A stretch of DNA of 64,000 nucleotides from an uncultured Erysipelotrichaceae bacterium (GCA_948439995.1 CAOJNP010000002.1:316-64315), one strand, 5' to 3'; counted from the first letter of the stretch, positions 47,066 to 58,690 are shown. Made by a program: numbers and translations. The notes: generated by a model not told the origin, from the letters alone.

Positions 47066-48148
47066 TTATAATAATTTCATGAGAATTTCATTCATTACAT
47101 ATATTTTGTCCGGATTGATGAAAATATATCCATCTTTTTTTATTAAATCTTTGGTTTTGATTAAAGGAGTAATTGGATAAGCATCTTCTATTTTGATTTC
47201 AAACTTTTTTTCAAAATCTGTGATATGAATTCCTTTTCGTTTTCGAAGACCTAACATGATTTCATTATCCATCATATCTTTTTGAGTCAATAATTCTTTT
47301 TTTCCATCATTTTGTTGATTTAAATATTTGGTTAAATTAAAGGTATTCATATATCTGACACCTTCTAAATAGCCAGATGCAGATAGTCCAAATCCATAAT
47401 ATTCTTCATTATTCCAATAGCTTAAATTGTGTTTGGATTCATAACCTTTTTTTGCAAAATTAGATACTTCGTAATGCTGATAATTATGATGTTTTAGCTT
47501 GCCACATAGATACCAATAAAATTCAGCATCTAAATCATCTGATATACTAGGTATTTTATTGATATGAAGTAATGTGTGTGCCGATAAAATTAAACTATAT
47601 GTACTAATGTGTTCTGGTTTTAATTTTAACACTTTTTTGATATCATTTTTGATGTCTTTTTTATTTTCATTATAAAAACCATAAATTAAATCAATATTGA
47701 TATTTTTAAATCCCATTTTACGAATCATTTTTATTTTTTCTTGAACATTTTCATAAGTATGATTTCTGCCCATTAAAATTAGTTTTTTTTCTTGAAATGA
47801 TTGAATTCCAATACTTAAACGATTTACTCTATATGTTTTTAAAATGGCTAATTTTTCTTTGGTGATATCATTTATGTTACATTCTATTGTGATTTCACAA
47901 TCTTTTGCTTTTTGAAAAATACTAATAGATTCTAATAAATAAATCATTTCTTCTTCAGATAGACAAGATGGGGTTCCTCCTCCAATGTAAATGGAAGAAA
48001 TTTTTTCTCCCAAATATTGATCTTTCATTTCATTTCTTAATACTTTTAAATATTTATTTACCCAACCAGTATGATAAAACATTTTACAAAAATCACAATA
48101 ACTACAAATACTTTTGCAAAATGGAATGTGAATGTAAACTGCTCTCAT
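47066..48148 (-). CDS. hemW: radical-SAM heme chaperone HemW (HemN-like)
   Basis: YIHIPFCKSICSYCDFC radical-SAM motif, a HemN_C domain, 360 aa. Lies downstream of lepA, as in Bacillus. Confidence 0.8.
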   Translation of the reverse strand: MRAVYIHIPFCKSICSYCDFCKMFYHTGWVNKYLKVLRNEMKDQYLGEKISSIYIGGGTPSCLSEEEMIYLLESISIFQKAKDCEITIECNINDITKEKLAILKTYRVNRLSIGIQSFQEKKLILMGRNHTYENVQEKIKMIRKMGFKNINIDLIYGFYNENKKDIKNDIKKVLKLKPEHISTYSLILSAHTLLHINKIPSISDDLDAEFYWYLCGKLKHHNYQHYEVSNFAKKGYESKHNLSYWNNEEYYGFGLSASGYLEGVRYMNTFNLTKYLNQQNDGKKELLTQKDMMDNEIMLGLRKRKGIHITDFEKKFEIKIEDAYPITPLIKTKDLIKKDGYIFINPDKIYVMNEILMKLL

Positions 48149-48169
48149 TTTATCATACTCCTCCTCTTT

Positions 48170-48751
48170 TTATTTTTTACTACTGCTCTTAAATTTCTGG
48201 ATTTGTTTTCCACTTTTTTCTAAGTAATAAGAATTTAATTTATCTAATTGACTTCTGATTAATGGATCTTCTATTGTTTTTTCAAAACTTTCTAAAGCTT
48301 TTACATTTCTATTTATCAATGCCATTACTTCATTTCTAGAACATGCATATTTGATTCGATATCTCATAATTATTTCACAATCTTCTGGTTTCAAATCCTC
48401 TTTTTTCTTGGCTTTATTTATTAATTCTTTAAATTTTTTATCTATATTAGTTAAAAGAAAGAGCAATTCTTTTTTGGTATTTTCATTTCCTTTTTTATAA
48501 GAAAGGAGAAAATTTTTGGCTAATAATTCTTTTTGCCTTTCTATTTCACTATTTTCATTTCCTGTATCTTGTTCAAATAAAAATTTAAGTGGACGATAAT
48601 AAGAAGAGTTGCAAGTTTTCACTAGTTCATTGTAAATTTCTTCTTGCGTTTTGTGCATCAGCTTCATCATTGTTTTTAATGATAAGCGATATGTTAATGC
48701 TAACTGGATATATATTTCATTTACTTTCATTTTTTCCCTACTTTTCTTCAC
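48170..48751 (-). CDS. hypothetical helical protein
   Basis: 193 aa. It overlaps the lepA stop by 14 nt. No recognisable motif. Confidence 0.4.
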   Translation of the reverse strand: MKKSREKMKVNEIYIQLALTYRLSLKTMMKLMHKTQEEIYNELVKTCNSSYYRPLKFLFEQDTGNENSEIERQKELLAKNFLLSYKKGNENTKKELLFLLTNIDKKFKELINKAKKKEDLKPEDCEIIMRYRIKYACSRNEVMALINRNVKALESFEKTIEDPLIRSQLDKLNSYYLEKSGKQIQKFKSSSKK

Positions 48752-50546
48752 TTAACACAGCTAGAAATGCTTCTTGAGGTACTTCAACACTTCCTACCAT
48801 TTTCATTCGTTTTTTTCCTTCTTTTTGCTTTTCTAATAATTTTCTTTTTCTTGTGATATCTCCACCATAACATTTAGCTAAAACATTTTTTTTCAAGGCA
48901 CTTATGTTTTCTCTTGCTATTACTTTTGAACCGACACTTGCTTGAATGGGTACTTGAAATAGTTGTTTTGGAATTAATTCTTTTAATTTTGTGGTAATGG
49001 CTCTTCCTCTAGAGTATGCAAAATCTTTATGAACGATAATGGATAATGCATCCACGATTTCTCCATTTAATAAGACATCCATTTTGACAAGTTTACTTGG
49101 ACGGTATCCAATTATTTCGTAATCAAAGGAAGCATATCCTTTGGTGGTACTTTTTAATTTATCAAAGAAATCATAAACAATTTCTGATAGCGGTATTTCA
49201 TAGTGAATGTTTACTCTTGTTTCATCAATATATTCCATGGATTGATAAATTCCTCTTTTGTTTTGACAAAGTTCCATAATGGATCCAATGTATTCCGAAG
49301 GAACAATAATATTTGTATAAATATATGGTTCTCTAATCTCTTTTATTTTTACACTTTCTGGCATTTTATTGGGACTATCAATTGTTATTTCTTCTTCGTT
49401 TGTTAATGATATTTCATAAATTACACTTGGACTGGTGGCAATGCAATCTAAATCAAATTCACGTTCAATTCTACTTATAATAATATCCATGTGTAAAAGT
49501 CCTAAAAAACCAACACGAAAGCCAAATCCTAAGGCTTCTGAAGTTTCTGGTTCAAAGGTCAGTGCTGCATCGTTTAATTTTAATTTAATAAATGCTTCTT
49601 TTAGTGCTTCATATTTATTTGGTTCAATTGGAAAGATTCCAGAATAGACCATCGGTTTCATTGGTTTGTAACCTTGTATGGGTTCTGCTGCTTTTTTATT
49701 TTTTAATGTAATAGTATCTCCTACTTGAATACTACTAATATCTTTAATACTTGCACAAAGATATCCAACTTCACCACTTCGCAATTCGTTTAATTTTTCT
49801 TCTTTTGGATGATGAACTCCAAGTTCTGTTACTAAAAATTCACTTCCAGTTGCCATTAGTTCTATGGTATTTCCACATTTTACAGAACCATCTACTACTT
49901 TAATTAATGCTACGACACCTTTATAAGGATCAAAGTAACTATCAAAAATTAGTGCTCTTAATGGTTTTTCATTTTCTATTACTGGAGATGGAATACGTTT
50001 TATGACTTGTTCGATTAATTCTTTTACTCCTACCCCAGTTTTTCCACTACATAATAAAATTTCTTCTTTTTGAAATCCTAATACTTTTTTTAGTTCTTCT
50101 TTTACTTTGGGAATATTTGCATTTGGTAAGTCTATTTTATTGATGACTGGAATGATTTCTAAGTTTTGTTCTAATGCAAGATATAAATTGGCTAAAGTTT
50201 GTGCTTCAATTCCTTGCGCTGCATCAACAACTAGTATCGCTCCTTCACATGCTTTTAAAGATCGACTAACTTCATAGGAAAAATCCACATGACCTGGAGT
50301 ATCGATTAAATTTAAAAGATAACTTTCACCATTTATTTTATAAGGTAATGATACAGCGTTTAATTTAATGGTGATTCCTCTTTCGCGCTCTAAGTCCATG
50401 CTGTCTAAAAGTTGTTCTTTCATTTCTCTTTTTGCAACATTGCCAGTTTCTTCTAAAATTCGATCTGCTAGTGTACTTTTTCCATGATCAATATGGGCTA
50501 TAATAGAAAAATTTCGAATGTTTTCTTGTTGTATCATATTTCTCAC
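48738..50546 (-). CDS. lepA: elongation factor 4 (LepA)
   Basis: G1 [10 protein letters not shown]3 DTPGHVDF, G4 NKID, and a LepA-specific C-terminal domain. Length is 602 aa. Confidence 0.95.
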   Translation of the reverse strand: MRNMIQQENIRNFSIIAHIDHGKSTLADRILEETGNVAKREMKEQLLDSMDLERERGITIKLNAVSLPYKINGESYLLNLIDTPGHVDFSYEVSRSLKACEGAILVVDAAQGIEAQTLANLYLALEQNLEIIPVINKIDLPNANIPKVKEELKKVLGFQKEEILLCSGKTGVGVKELIEQVIKRIPSPVIENEKPLRALIFDSYFDPYKGVVALIKVVDGSVKCGNTIELMATGSEFLVTELGVHHPKEEKLNELRSGEVGYLCASIKDISSIQVGDTITLKNKKAAEPIQGYKPMKPMVYSGIFPIEPNKYEALKEAFIKLKLNDAALTFEPETSEALGFGFRVGFLGLLHMDIIISRIEREFDLDCIATSPSVIYEISLTNEEEITIDSPNKMPESVKIKEIREPYIYTNIIVPSEYIGSIMELCQNKRGIYQSMEYIDETRVNIHYEIPLSEIVYDFFDKLKSTTKGYASFDYEIIGYRPSKLVKMDVLLNGEIVDALSIIVHKDFAYSRGRAITTKLKELIPKQLFQVPIQASVGSKVIARENISALKKNVLAKCYGGDITRKRKLLEKQKEGKKRMKMVGSVEVPQEAFLAVLSEEK

Positions 50547-50594
50547 CTATAAACATTATACTAAAGAAATAGAAAAAGGAAAAGCTATGTTTTC

Positions 50595-50939
50595 CTAAGT
50601 AAATAATTTTTTAAAAAGGTCAGCCATTCCTGTAATTCCTTTGGACATGAAATCTTGCACTATGGAAGAAAGAAAAACTCCTGTTTTTGTTGCTCCATTG
50701 GAAAAGTCTCTATTTTTTTCTGTGATATAATTATTAATGTCAACGTTTTTTCCCTCTCTTACATCTTGTTCAAATTGTTTGATTCCTTCTTCGGTTAACA
50801 TCGTTTTTTCATTTAATTTCGATTCATAATATCCTGTTTCCATAGCAATGGATAAAGAAAGATATAAAATAAATAATAAAACCACGATACGAAAGAACCA
50901 ATTGGTTTTTTTCTTTTTTTCCATATTAAGTTCCCTCAA
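50595..50939 (-). CDS. YqxA-like small membrane protein
   Basis: 114 aa with an N-terminal TM helix. It occupies the yqxA position between spoIIP and lepA. It overlaps spoIIP by 14 nt. Confidence 0.4.
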   Translation of the reverse strand: MRELNMEKKKKTNWFFRIVVLLFILYLSLSIAMETGYYESKLNEKTMLTEEGIKQFEQDVREGKNVDINNYITEKNRDFSNGATKTGVFLSSIVQDFMSKGITGMADLFKKLFT

Positions 50940-51897
50940 TGTATTCTTTTAATACAGAGGCTAAGATTTCCATGGTATTGGTTACTTCAATAATTGTATT
51001 ATCTTTTCCTCCAATTTCTAAAAGAAGTGTATTTGGATGGATATCTTGATTGTAAATTCCATTCACATTTTTTCCTTCTTTGCCAATGACTCCTCTTGAA
51101 ATGGTATTAATTTTTAATTTTAATTTTTCATTTAAATGATTTGCCAAGTTTAAGTTTTTTTCATACTGTTCATGTTCTTTTCCAATAACAAATAATATTT
51201 TTGCATATTTTTTTCCATTATACTCTGTCGTCGTATTATCATAGCCTGCACTATCTCGATGGATATCTAAGAAGTATTCTAATGTTTTATTTTTGGCATA
51301 AGTATCTGTAAATAAATATCGACTTGCTTTGTAAGAAGCACCATAGTTCCAGCCATTTATTTTTAAAATTTCACTAATGTTTCCAGTTTCTACCAGAGTG
51401 GGAAGACCAAAATCATTTAATTTTTCTCTTAAATAATAACTTGCAAATAAAACAGTGGGAGTAATATCATATTCACTCATTCCAGCCATGTTATATCCTT
51501 CTGTTTGATGAGTATTGTAAAGATATATGAGAGGTTCTTTTATTAAGGTTTTCGGATTGGGATCTGGAACATATTCATAAGTTGGTCCACTTTCTTCCTC
51601 TTCTTCAAAAATACTTTCACTTTTTGGTAAACGTATGCCCATTGCAGAAGAAAATAAATATTCTGTTGGATTCATTTTTAAAAAATTATAAAAGTCATTG
51701 TTACCCATTTCATGATGAAACATAATATCTAAGACTTCTTCTTTGGTTAAATTATTTTTCCATGTTGTGGCAAAAAAATGAAAACTTAAAAAAAAGAAAA
51801 AGATTAAAAGAGAAAAAAAGGTTATGATTTTTATATTTTTTTTCTGTTTATTTCTTTTTCCAATAAATCTTTTTTTCATAGGCATATTCCTTTCCAC
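50926..51897 (-). CDS. spoIIP: stage II sporulation protein P
   Basis: SpoIIP motifs IYLYNTHQTEGY, LDIHRDS and LLLEIGG with an N-terminal TM anchor. It lies immediately downstream of gpr. Confidence 0.75.
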   Translation of the reverse strand: MERNMPMKKRFIGKRNKQKKNIKIITFFSLLIFFFFLSFHFFATTWKNNLTKEEVLDIMFHHEMGNNDFYNFLKMNPTEYLFSSAMGIRLPKSESIFEEEEESGPTYEYVPDPNPKTLIKEPLIYLYNTHQTEGYNMAGMSEYDITPTVLFASYYLREKLNDFGLPTLVETGNISEILKINGWNYGASYKASRYLFTDTYAKNKTLEYFLDIHRDSAGYDNTTTEYNGKKYAKILFVIGKEHEQYEKNLNLANHLNEKLKLKINTISRGVIGKEGKNVNGIYNQDIHPNTLLLEIGGKDNTIIEVTNTMEILASVLKEYIEGT

Positions 51898-51934
51898 TTT
51901 ATTATATAGTGAAAAATTTACAGAATCTGTCGAA

Positions 51935-52681
51935 TTAAAATAAAAGAGTTTCGTTTAAACTTTCCCCAATTAATTTACTCAGTATTTCCATTTCTTGATC
52001 TAAATAAATATGAGAAAATAATCCTTCTTCTTTTTGATATAAAAACGGAATACCGATACTTAGTATGGGAATTTGAAATGTTTGTTTGTTAATTTCTTTA
52101 TTTGTTCTAAGTGCACTGCCCGGAATAATTCCTGTGTCACTAATTTCAATCACACGATTTAAATAATTGATATTTTTTGTTGCTAAGGAATCAATCATAA
52201 TAATTAAATCAGGATTTAATTCATTTACTACCATTTTTATTAGTTGAAAGGAAGGAATTCCGGTTTTGGAAGTAACATCTGGATTAAATAAAGCTACTTT
52301 TGGAATGGTTAAAAAGTCATTGTACTGATTGGTAGCAATCATTTTATTTGTTACTTTACTTCCAAAGGAATCTACTAAAATACTTTCATTTCCAAGACCA
52401 ATTACTAAAATCGGTTTTTCTTTGTGATATTTTTTTAAAAATAAATTGACTACTTTTTTTAGTTCTCTTTTTAAAGCAGAAATGTTTTTGTTTAAAATTT
52501 GGTCCGAATATTCAATCATAAAATAATCACCAGGTTCTTTTTTTAGTGTTTTTCTATCTTTTTCTAGTACTTGATAATGTACGATTGTTTGTTCTTTTAA
52601 ATGTTTTTCTCCTACTAATAATTTTGGATTTTCTTTTAATTTTGCAGCGTCTAAAAATAAAAATTGTTTCATTCTTTTCAC
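51935..52681 (-). CDS. gpr: germination protease GPR family (short form)
   Basis: ILVIGLGNE...MIDSLATKNINYLNRVIEISDTGIIPGSALR...SIGIPF matches the GPR catalytic-domain pattern (VGLGN; D.LA.R..NRLNRTIQISDTGI.PGSG). Divergent from rpsT, as in Bacillus. It is about 120 aa shorter than B. subtilis GPR. Confidence 0.7.
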   Translation of the reverse strand: MKRMKQFLFLDAAKLKENPKLLVGEKHLKEQTIVHYQVLEKDRKTLKKEPGDYFMIEYSDQILNKNISALKRELKKVVNLFLKKYHKEKPILVIGLGNESILVDSFGSKVTNKMIATNQYNDFLTIPKVALFNPDVTSKTGIPSFQLIKMVVNELNPDLIIMIDSLATKNINYLNRVIEISDTGIIPGSALRTNKEINKQTFQIPILSIGIPFLYQKEEGLFSHIYLDQEMEILSKLIGESLNETLLF

Positions 52682-52835
52682 CCTTCTTATTATGTCCTTG
52701 TTCTTTTTTCTTATGAATTATTTTTCTTTCTAGGATAGCAGTTCTTTTATTTTATTAAAAATGTACTTTTTCATTGCATTCAGCATATAATTTTGTTAAA
52801 ATGATACTTGAATTAAGTACAGAAGGGAGATATTT

Positions 52836-53099
52836 ATGGCTAATATTAAAAGTTCGAAAAAAGCAATTAAAGTTATTGCTAAGAAAACGGAAAATAATCA
52901 TGAATTAAAAGCTCGTGTTAAAAATTTAATTAAAGATTGTGATAAAGCAATTGAAAAAAATGAAAAAGAAACAGCAACTAAATTATTTGCAGATGCACAA
53001 AAATATATTGATCAAGCTGTAAGTAAAGGCTTTATGAAAAAAAATACAGCGGATCGTCAAAAATCAAGATTGTCACAAAAAGTAAAAGATATGAAGTAA
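52836..53099 (+). CDS. rpsT: 30S ribosomal protein S20
   Basis: MANIKSSKKAIKVIAKKTENNHELKARVKNLIK is a canonical S20. A TTGCAT-N17-TAAAAT promoter lies upstream. Confidence 0.92.
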   Translation: MANIKSSKKAIKVIAKKTENNHELKARVKNLIKDCDKAIEKNEKETATKLFADAQKYIDQAVSKGFMKKNTADRQKSRLSQKVKDMK

Positions 53100-53122
53100 T
53101 TGTTTGATTACTTCATTTTTTA
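53093..53122 (+). terminator. rho-independent terminator of rpsT
   Basis: Stem GAAGTAAT-tgtttg-ATTACTTC overlaps the TAA stop, followed by ATTTTTTAA. Confidence 0.65.
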
Positions 53123-53147
53123 ATGATATGATTTTGATAGAAAGTGG

Positions 53148-54134
53148 TTGATTCATTTGAAATGGTTAAAAGATCAATTTATTCCCATTTGTTGTTGCCT
53201 TTTTTTAATTTTTTTATTAACTCAAATGGAAACGATTAGTTCTACTTTATCTTTTTTTATAGAAACAAAAAGTGTTTCTTCTCCTTCTCAAGCGGATTCT
53301 TATAAAAAGGAAGATTCTTTTCTTTTTGTTCAAAATACGAATGATTTTATGCCACTTAGTAAAGGTGATTTAAAAAATATTATTTATACAATTGTTAATT
53401 CTGGATGGGATCATCTTACTTTTTATTGTCCAAATGAATATAAATCTTGTATTTCTGATATGAAAGAATTGAGTTTGGATCAAGAAAGTTTAACGCATTT
53501 AAATAATTTTGTTCATCCTTATCATAGTTTTTCTAATATTAAAACCAGTTTGTTAGAATCTGGGGAAATTACTATTCAAGTTGAACGATTGTATACTGAT
53601 CAAGAAATGATTCAAATTGAAGAAAAAATAGATGAATATATGAAAAAACATATTCGAGAAGATATGAGTGATTATGAGAAAATAAAAACATTTCATGATT
53701 ATATTATTAGTATTACGAAGTATGATGTAAAAAGAAATGAGACTGGTGATTCAGAATATCGTTCTTTTACCGCTTTTGGTCCTCTTATGAATGGTTATGC
53801 AACTTGCAATGGATATACAGATGTTATGGCTATTTTTTTAAGTAAATTAAAGATTCCTAATTATAAAATTGCAACAACTCCTACTAATGAGGAAGAAAAA
53901 ATTGAAGGTCATGTGTGGAATGCAGTTTATTTGGATGGAAACTGGTTACATTTGGATCTAACTTGGGATGATCCTGTGAGTAATGATGGAAAAGACTATT
54001 TACAACATAAGTATTTTTTAATTAATAATGATGAATTAGAAGAAGCAGATCATGGTACTGTGGAAGTTTTGGAACATCAATTTGTAAAGAATATTTATTT
54101 AGAATTCAATGATAAAAAGAACAGACAAGATTAA
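53148..54134 (+). CDS. transglutaminase-like cysteine protease superfamily protein
   Basis: N-terminal anchor, then the Cys-His-Asp core: GYATCNGYTDVMAIFL...GHVWNAVYLDGNWLHLDLTWDD. Confidence 0.65.
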   Translation: MIHLKWLKDQFIPICCCLFLIFLLTQMETISSTLSFFIETKSVSSPSQADSYKKEDSFLFVQNTNDFMPLSKGDLKNIIYTIVNSGWDHLTFYCPNEYKSCISDMKELSLDQESLTHLNNFVHPYHSFSNIKTSLLESGEITIQVERLYTDQEMIQIEEKIDEYMKKHIREDMSDYEKIKTFHDYIISITKYDVKRNETGDSEYRSFTAFGPLMNGYATCNGYTDVMAIFLSKLKIPNYKIATTPTNEEEKIEGHVWNAVYLDGNWLHLDLTWDDPVSNDGKDYLQHKYFLINNDELEEADHGTVEVLEHQFVKNIYLEFNDKKNRQD

Positions 54135-54161
54135 TTTTTTGTCTGTTTTCTTTTGATATGC

Positions 54162-55202
54162 TTATGATTTGTTTTGATTTATAATTAACATCGCATCTCC
54201 AAAAGAAAAGAAACGATATTTTTTTTGAACGGCAATTTCATAGGCTTTTAATATCTGTTCTCTTCCTGCTAAAGCACTAATTAGCATCAGTAAGGTACTT
54301 TTTGGTAAATGAAAATTCGTTAGTAATCCATCAATTGCTTGAAATTGATATCCTGGATATATAAATATTTTAGTATATCCACTACATTCTTGAAATTGGC
54401 TATATTGTTGTAAGATTGTTTCTAAAACTCTTGTAGAAGTGGTTCCAACAGCTATGATCCTTCTCCCTTCTTTTTTTGCTTGATTTAAGAGATCGGCATT
54501 TTTTTTGTCTAGCGAATAAAACTCACTATGCATTTGATGATTTAAAATATTTTCTGTTTCAACTGGTCGAAAAGTTCCTAACCCTACATGTAAAGTAACT
54601 TCAGCTATTTCAATTCCTTTGTTTTGGATTTTTTCAAGTATTTCTTTGGTAAAATGTAGTCCTGCTGTAGGTGCTGCAGCACTTCCAAGATTCTTCGCAT
54701 AAACGGTGTTGTAACGATTTTTTTCCTGCAATTTGGAATGAATGTATGGTGGCAGTGGCATTTGGCCTAATTTTTCTAATATTTCCATTAGTATCCCATC
54801 ATAAATTAATTTAACTTCAACCATACCTTCTGTTTTTTTTCTTATTATTTTTGCTTTTAAACTTCCATTTCCAAAAGAAATAATACTACCCTCTTTTAAT
54901 CTTTTAAAAGGACGTGATAGACATTCCCAATTATCATTTCCTAAATCTTTTAATAATAATAATTCTATTCGAGCTCTTGTATCTTCTTTTTCTCCAATTA
55001 ATCTTGCAGGAATTACTTTTGTATTATTTAATACTAAGATGTCTTTTGGATTTAAATATTCTATAATATTTTTAAATTCTTGATGTTCTACTTCCCCTGT
55101 TATTCGATCTAAAACCATCATTTTAGAAGAACTTCTATCTTTTAGAGGTGTTTGTGCAATTAATTCTTCAGGTAAATTATAATTAAAGTCTTCTAATTTC
55201 AT
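54162..55202 (-). CDS. queA: S-adenosylmethionine:tRNA ribosyltransferase-isomerase
   Basis: [20 protein letters not shown] is the QueA N-terminus. C-terminal motifs TTSTRVLE and AVGTTS are present. Length is 346 aa. Confidence 0.92.
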   Translation of the reverse strand: MKLEDFNYNLPEELIAQTPLKDRSSSKMMVLDRITGEVEHQEFKNIIEYLNPKDILVLNNTKVIPARLIGEKEDTRARIELLLLKDLGNDNWECLSRPFKRLKEGSIISFGNGSLKAKIIRKKTEGMVEVKLIYDGILMEILEKLGQMPLPPYIHSKLQEKNRYNTVYAKNLGSAAAPTAGLHFTKEILEKIQNKGIEIAEVTLHVGLGTFRPVETENILNHQMHSEFYSLDKKNADLLNQAKKEGRRIIAVGTTSTRVLETILQQYSQFQECSGYTKIFIYPGYQFQAIDGLLTNFHLPKSTLLMLISALAGREQILKAYEIAVQKKYRFFSFGDAMLIINQNKS

Positions 55203-55726
55203 TGATTCACTTCCAATATTGTATTATTATTGTCATTTATTTCTATTACAAAATTCTTTGCAATATGATCTAATTCTTTTAATGTTGTGTTTGTAATAAT
55301 ATAATCATATGAATAATTATCAACATTTGCATCCGAATAATTTGTGATAATATTAGCATGACCAAGTCTTTTTACTAATAATGTTTTTGCATTGAAAGCT
55401 TTCACGGCTCTTTCAATTTCTTCTGGCTCTCGAATATGGATAAACATAATATTAGCTACGCATTTATTACTATTGAAGTATTTTACGGCTTCTTTTATTG
55501 AAGTAAAGGCTAAATCATTATATTCTGTAGTTAATTTTTTTAAGTCACTTAAAAATTTTCTATCTTTTTCTGTTTTGGTGCCATTCCACCCAGCATTTTT
55601 TGCTATTTTTTTAATAATATCTATTGATGAAAAATTAAAAATTTTTTCGTATTTTGAGGTATATTCTATAAAAGTATCTTTTCCACTTGCTCCAGTACCA
55701 TTAATAATAATAATTTTCTTAGTCAT
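55199..55726 (-). CDS. P-loop NTPase, T4-dNMP-kinase-like
   Basis: Walker [19 protein letters not shown] resembles the T4 gp1 dNMP kinase motif (SGxxxSGKDT). 175 aa. It overlaps queA by 4 nt. Confidence 0.4.
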   Translation of the reverse strand: MTKKIIIINGTGASGKDTFIEYTSKYEKIFNFSSIDIIKKIAKNAGWNGTKTEKDRKFLSDLKKLTTEYNDLAFTSIKEAVKYFNSNKCVANIMFIHIREPEEIERAVKAFNAKTLLVKRLGHANIITNYSDANVDNYSYDYIITNTTLKELDHIAKNFVIEINDNNNTILEVNQ

Positions 55727-56579
55727 GTTGAACTCCTTTTTTTGTAATTTTTCTATTACATGAAATTACTACATTTTCTAAAATCATAGCAATGGTCATA
55801 GGTCCTACTCCTTTTGGCACTGGTGTAATATAAGAGCATATAGGACTTACATTTAAAAAATCTACATCTCCGATTACTTTTCCGTCTAAACGGTTGATTC
55901 CAACATCAATTACAATTGCATTTTCTTTTACCATGTCTTTTGTTACAAAATTCGGCTTTCCAACGGCACTTACTAAAATATCTGCTTCTTTTGTTATTTT
56001 CGCTATTTCTTTTGATTTTGAATGTAAAATGGTGACAGAAGCATTTTCTTTTAAAAATAATAAAGCAAGTGGTTTTCCAACTATATTACTTCTGCCAATA
56101 ATTACAACATGCTTTCCTTCTATTGGAATGTCATATTCTTTTAATATACGAATGACTCCTTTTGGTGTACAAGAAATTAATCCAGTTTTTTGATTCCATA
56201 ATTTTCCTACATTCGTAGTTGTAAATCCATCCACATCTTTTTCTGGTAGTATGGTTTCAAATACTTGTTCTTCCTTCATATGTTTTGGTAGTGGACTTTG
56301 AACTAATATGCCATGAACAGTTGGATCTTGATTTTTTTTCAAAATTTCATTTTCTAATTCTTTTTGACTTGTATTTTCTTCTAAATGAACTAATTCGAAA
56401 TCAATTCCTACACTTTCACAAGCTTTTTGCTTGTTTCTTATGTAAATAGTTGAAGCATCATTTTCTCCAACTTGAAATACAACTAATTTTGGATTGATAT
56501 CCATTTTTTTTAAAGATTCTATTTCATTTTTTAAGTTTTCTTTTATTTTATTTGCGATTTCCGTTCCATTTAAAATCAT
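55719..56579 (-). CDS. folD: bifunctional methylenetetrahydrofolate dehydrogenase/cyclohydrolase
   Basis: KLVVFQVGENDASTIYIRNK...GILVQSPLP...VDGF...VVIIGRSNIVGKP...GVGPMT. Confidence 0.92.
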   Translation of the reverse strand: MILNGTEIANKIKENLKNEIESLKKMDINPKLVVFQVGENDASTIYIRNKQKACESVGIDFELVHLEENTSQKELENEILKKNQDPTVHGILVQSPLPKHMKEEQVFETILPEKDVDGFTTTNVGKLWNQKTGLISCTPKGVIRILKEYDIPIEGKHVVIIGRSNIVGKPLALLFLKENASVTILHSKSKEIAKITKEADILVSAVGKPNFVTKDMVKENAIVIDVGINRLDGKVIGDVDFLNVSPICSYITPVPKGVGPMTIAMILENVVISCNRKITKKGVQHD

Positions 56580-56595
56580 ATTTATCCTCCTAATA

Positions 56596-57591
56596 TTAAT
56601 TTTGATATGGTATGTTTAAGTGATTGTAGCTTTTTTCGGTTGCAACACGTCCTCTTGGTGTTCGTTTGATAAATCCTTCTTGCAATAAAAATGGCTCTAC
56701 TACATCTTCAATGGTAGTAACTTCTTCTCCAATACTAGTAGCAATGGTTTCAATTCCAACTGGACCACCATTAAACTTTATAATAATTGCATTTAAATAC
56801 TCTATATCGATAGCGTCTAAACCATTTTTATCTACTTTTAATTTTTTTAATGAATCTATTGTTGTATCATAATCAATTGTCTTTAGTTCTTTTACTAATG
56901 CAAAATCACGTACGCGTTTGTATAAACGATTGGCAATTCTTGGAGTTCTTCTACATCGACTACCAATTTCTTTCGCTGCTTGTTTAGAAATATCCATTCC
57001 TAAGACACGACTGGTTCTTAAAACAATTTCGATTAATTCTTCCACACTATAGTAATTTAATTTGGATATAATTCCAAAACGGTCTCGTAAAGGAGAGGAA
57101 ATGTCTCCTGCTCTGGTGGTAGCTCCCACTAATGTAAAAGGAGGTAAATCAATTTTAATATTTCTACTATGTCCATCATTATTGATGACAATATCTAATT
57201 CAAAATCTTCCATTGCTGGATATAGTATTTCTTCAATGTATTTTGGCATTCTATGAATTTCATCTATAAATAAAACATCTCCTGATTCTAAATTGGATAA
57301 TACGGCTGCTAAGTCGCCACTTTTTTCAATGCTTGGTCCAGAAGCAGTTTTTATACCTACTCCTAGTTCGTTTGCTATGATATGTGCAAGTGTTGTTTTT
57401 CCAAGTCCGGGAGGTCCATATAATAAAACATGATCCAATGATTCGTTACGAATTTTTGCAGCTTGAATAAATACTTTTAAATTGTCTGTAATTTCTTTTT
57501 GTCCTATATATTCTTGTAAATTTTGGGGACGAATGGTTTCTTCTATTTCATCCGTGGTTAATTTTTCTTTCTCTAATATATTTTCTTCCAT
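56596..57591 (-). CDS. ruvB: Holliday junction branch migration ATPase RuvB
   Basis: [12 protein letters not shown]..., Walker [15 protein letters not shown], Walker B LFIDEIHR, and a winged-helix C-terminus. Confidence 0.96.
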   Translation of the reverse strand: MEENILEKEKLTTDEIEETIRPQNLQEYIGQKEITDNLKVFIQAAKIRNESLDHVLLYGPPGLGKTTLAHIIANELGVGIKTASGPSIEKSGDLAAVLSNLESGDVLFIDEIHRMPKYIEEILYPAMEDFELDIVINNDGHSRNIKIDLPPFTLVGATTRAGDISSPLRDRFGIISKLNYYSVEELIEIVLRTSRVLGMDISKQAAKEIGSRCRRTPRIANRLYKRVRDFALVKELKTIDYDTTIDSLKKLKVDKNGLDAIDIEYLNAIIIKFNGGPVGIETIATSIGEEVTTIEDVVEPFLLQEGFIKRTPRGRVATEKSYNHLNIPYQN

Positions 57592-57599
57592 ATGACCTC

Positions 57600-58136
57600 C
57601 TATAAATTTTCCACTATTTTTTCAATTTCTTTCCAATTTGTTACGGTTTTATATTTACTAGTAACTTTTTTGTTTGGAACAAATCGAATTAAATATGCAT
57701 CTTTTGGTGGAAATGTATCTAGCATTTTTTCTTGATCATCAATATAAATATCTAAATTAAATTTTTTGGAGGCAAAATATTTATTATATGCATCAAAAAC
57801 GATTTCTTTGTATTCTATATTTCGTTTTTTTAAATATTCTATGGTAAATTTTTGGGCATTTGGAATGTCTTTATTACTTCTTGCTGTAATAAAATAGATT
57901 TCGTGTCCTTCGCTGATCCATTTTTGAATTACGGCTATGGCATGTTTTTTTTCTTTCACATTTAAATAGATTTCGCTTCCATATTCTTTTGTAAAATGAT
58001 GAAATTGTTCATTGGATAGTTGCCATTCTTTATTATATCTTTTTAAATGATATTTTTTTCGATATTCTTTCATTTTTTTGGGAAAAATTTCACTGGTTTT
58101 GGTTAAAGTATCATCAATATCTATACCAATTCTCAT
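57600..58136 (-). CDS. HAD-family 5'(3')-deoxyribonucleotidase (NT5C-like)
   Basis: HAD motif [13 protein letters not shown] at the N-terminus, 178 aa. It sits between ruvA and ruvB. Confidence 0.55.
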   Translation of the reverse strand: MRIGIDIDDTLTKTSEIFPKKMKEYRKKYHLKRYNKEWQLSNEQFHHFTKEYGSEIYLNVKEKKHAIAVIQKWISEGHEIYFITARSNKDIPNAQKFTIEYLKKRNIEYKEIVFDAYNKYFASKKFNLDIYIDDQEKMLDTFPPKDAYLIRFVPNKKVTSKYKTVTNWKEIEKIVENL

Positions 58137-58690
58137 GCTTTTAATAATAGCTTTAAAGCTTCTTTCACTTGTTCTTCTACATTTTCATTTGAATTTACTA
58201 AAGGAAGTATTTTTTTAATATCAGCAGGTTTGTATCCTAAACTTTCTAATACATTATTCAATTCTTCAAAGTCGTTTTCCCATACATTTTCTTCTTTTTT
58301 TACTAATTTTCCTTTTAAATCTAAAATAATTTGACGAGCTACTTTTTCTCCGATTTTAGGGAATTTTTTTAAATACAATATGTTTTCACGTTCAATGGCA
58401 TCTAATATTCCTGATACACTTCCTGTTGCAAGCATGGGAAGGGCCATTTTCGGACCCAAACCTTTTACTCCAATTAATTTTAAAAATAATTCTTTTTCTT
58501 CTTGCGTTAAGAATCCGTATAGAGAAAATTCTTCTTCACGGATATGACAATAAGTATAAACTGTAATTTCTTCTTCTGTTTTAAAAGAAAATGGATTTGA
58601 TACATAAATTTGATAACCAATCTTATTTACTTCTATAACAATATAATTGCTTTCTTGAATTTTGACAAAACCTTTTAGATAATTATACAT
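58133..58690 (-). CDS. ruvA: Holliday junction DNA helicase RuvA
   Basis: OB-fold N-terminus (MYNYLKGFV...YIVIEVNKIGYQIYV), HhH motifs (LIGVKGLGPKMAL), and a C-terminal RuvB-interaction domain. Confidence 0.85.
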   Translation of the reverse strand: MYNYLKGFVKIQESNYIVIEVNKIGYQIYVSNPFSFKTEEEITVYTYCHIREEEFSLYGFLTQEEKELFLKLIGVKGLGPKMALPMLATGSVSGILDAIERENILYLKKFPKIGEKVARQIILDLKGKLVKKEENVWENDFEELNNVLESLGYKPADIKKILPLVNSNENVEEQVKEALKLLLKA

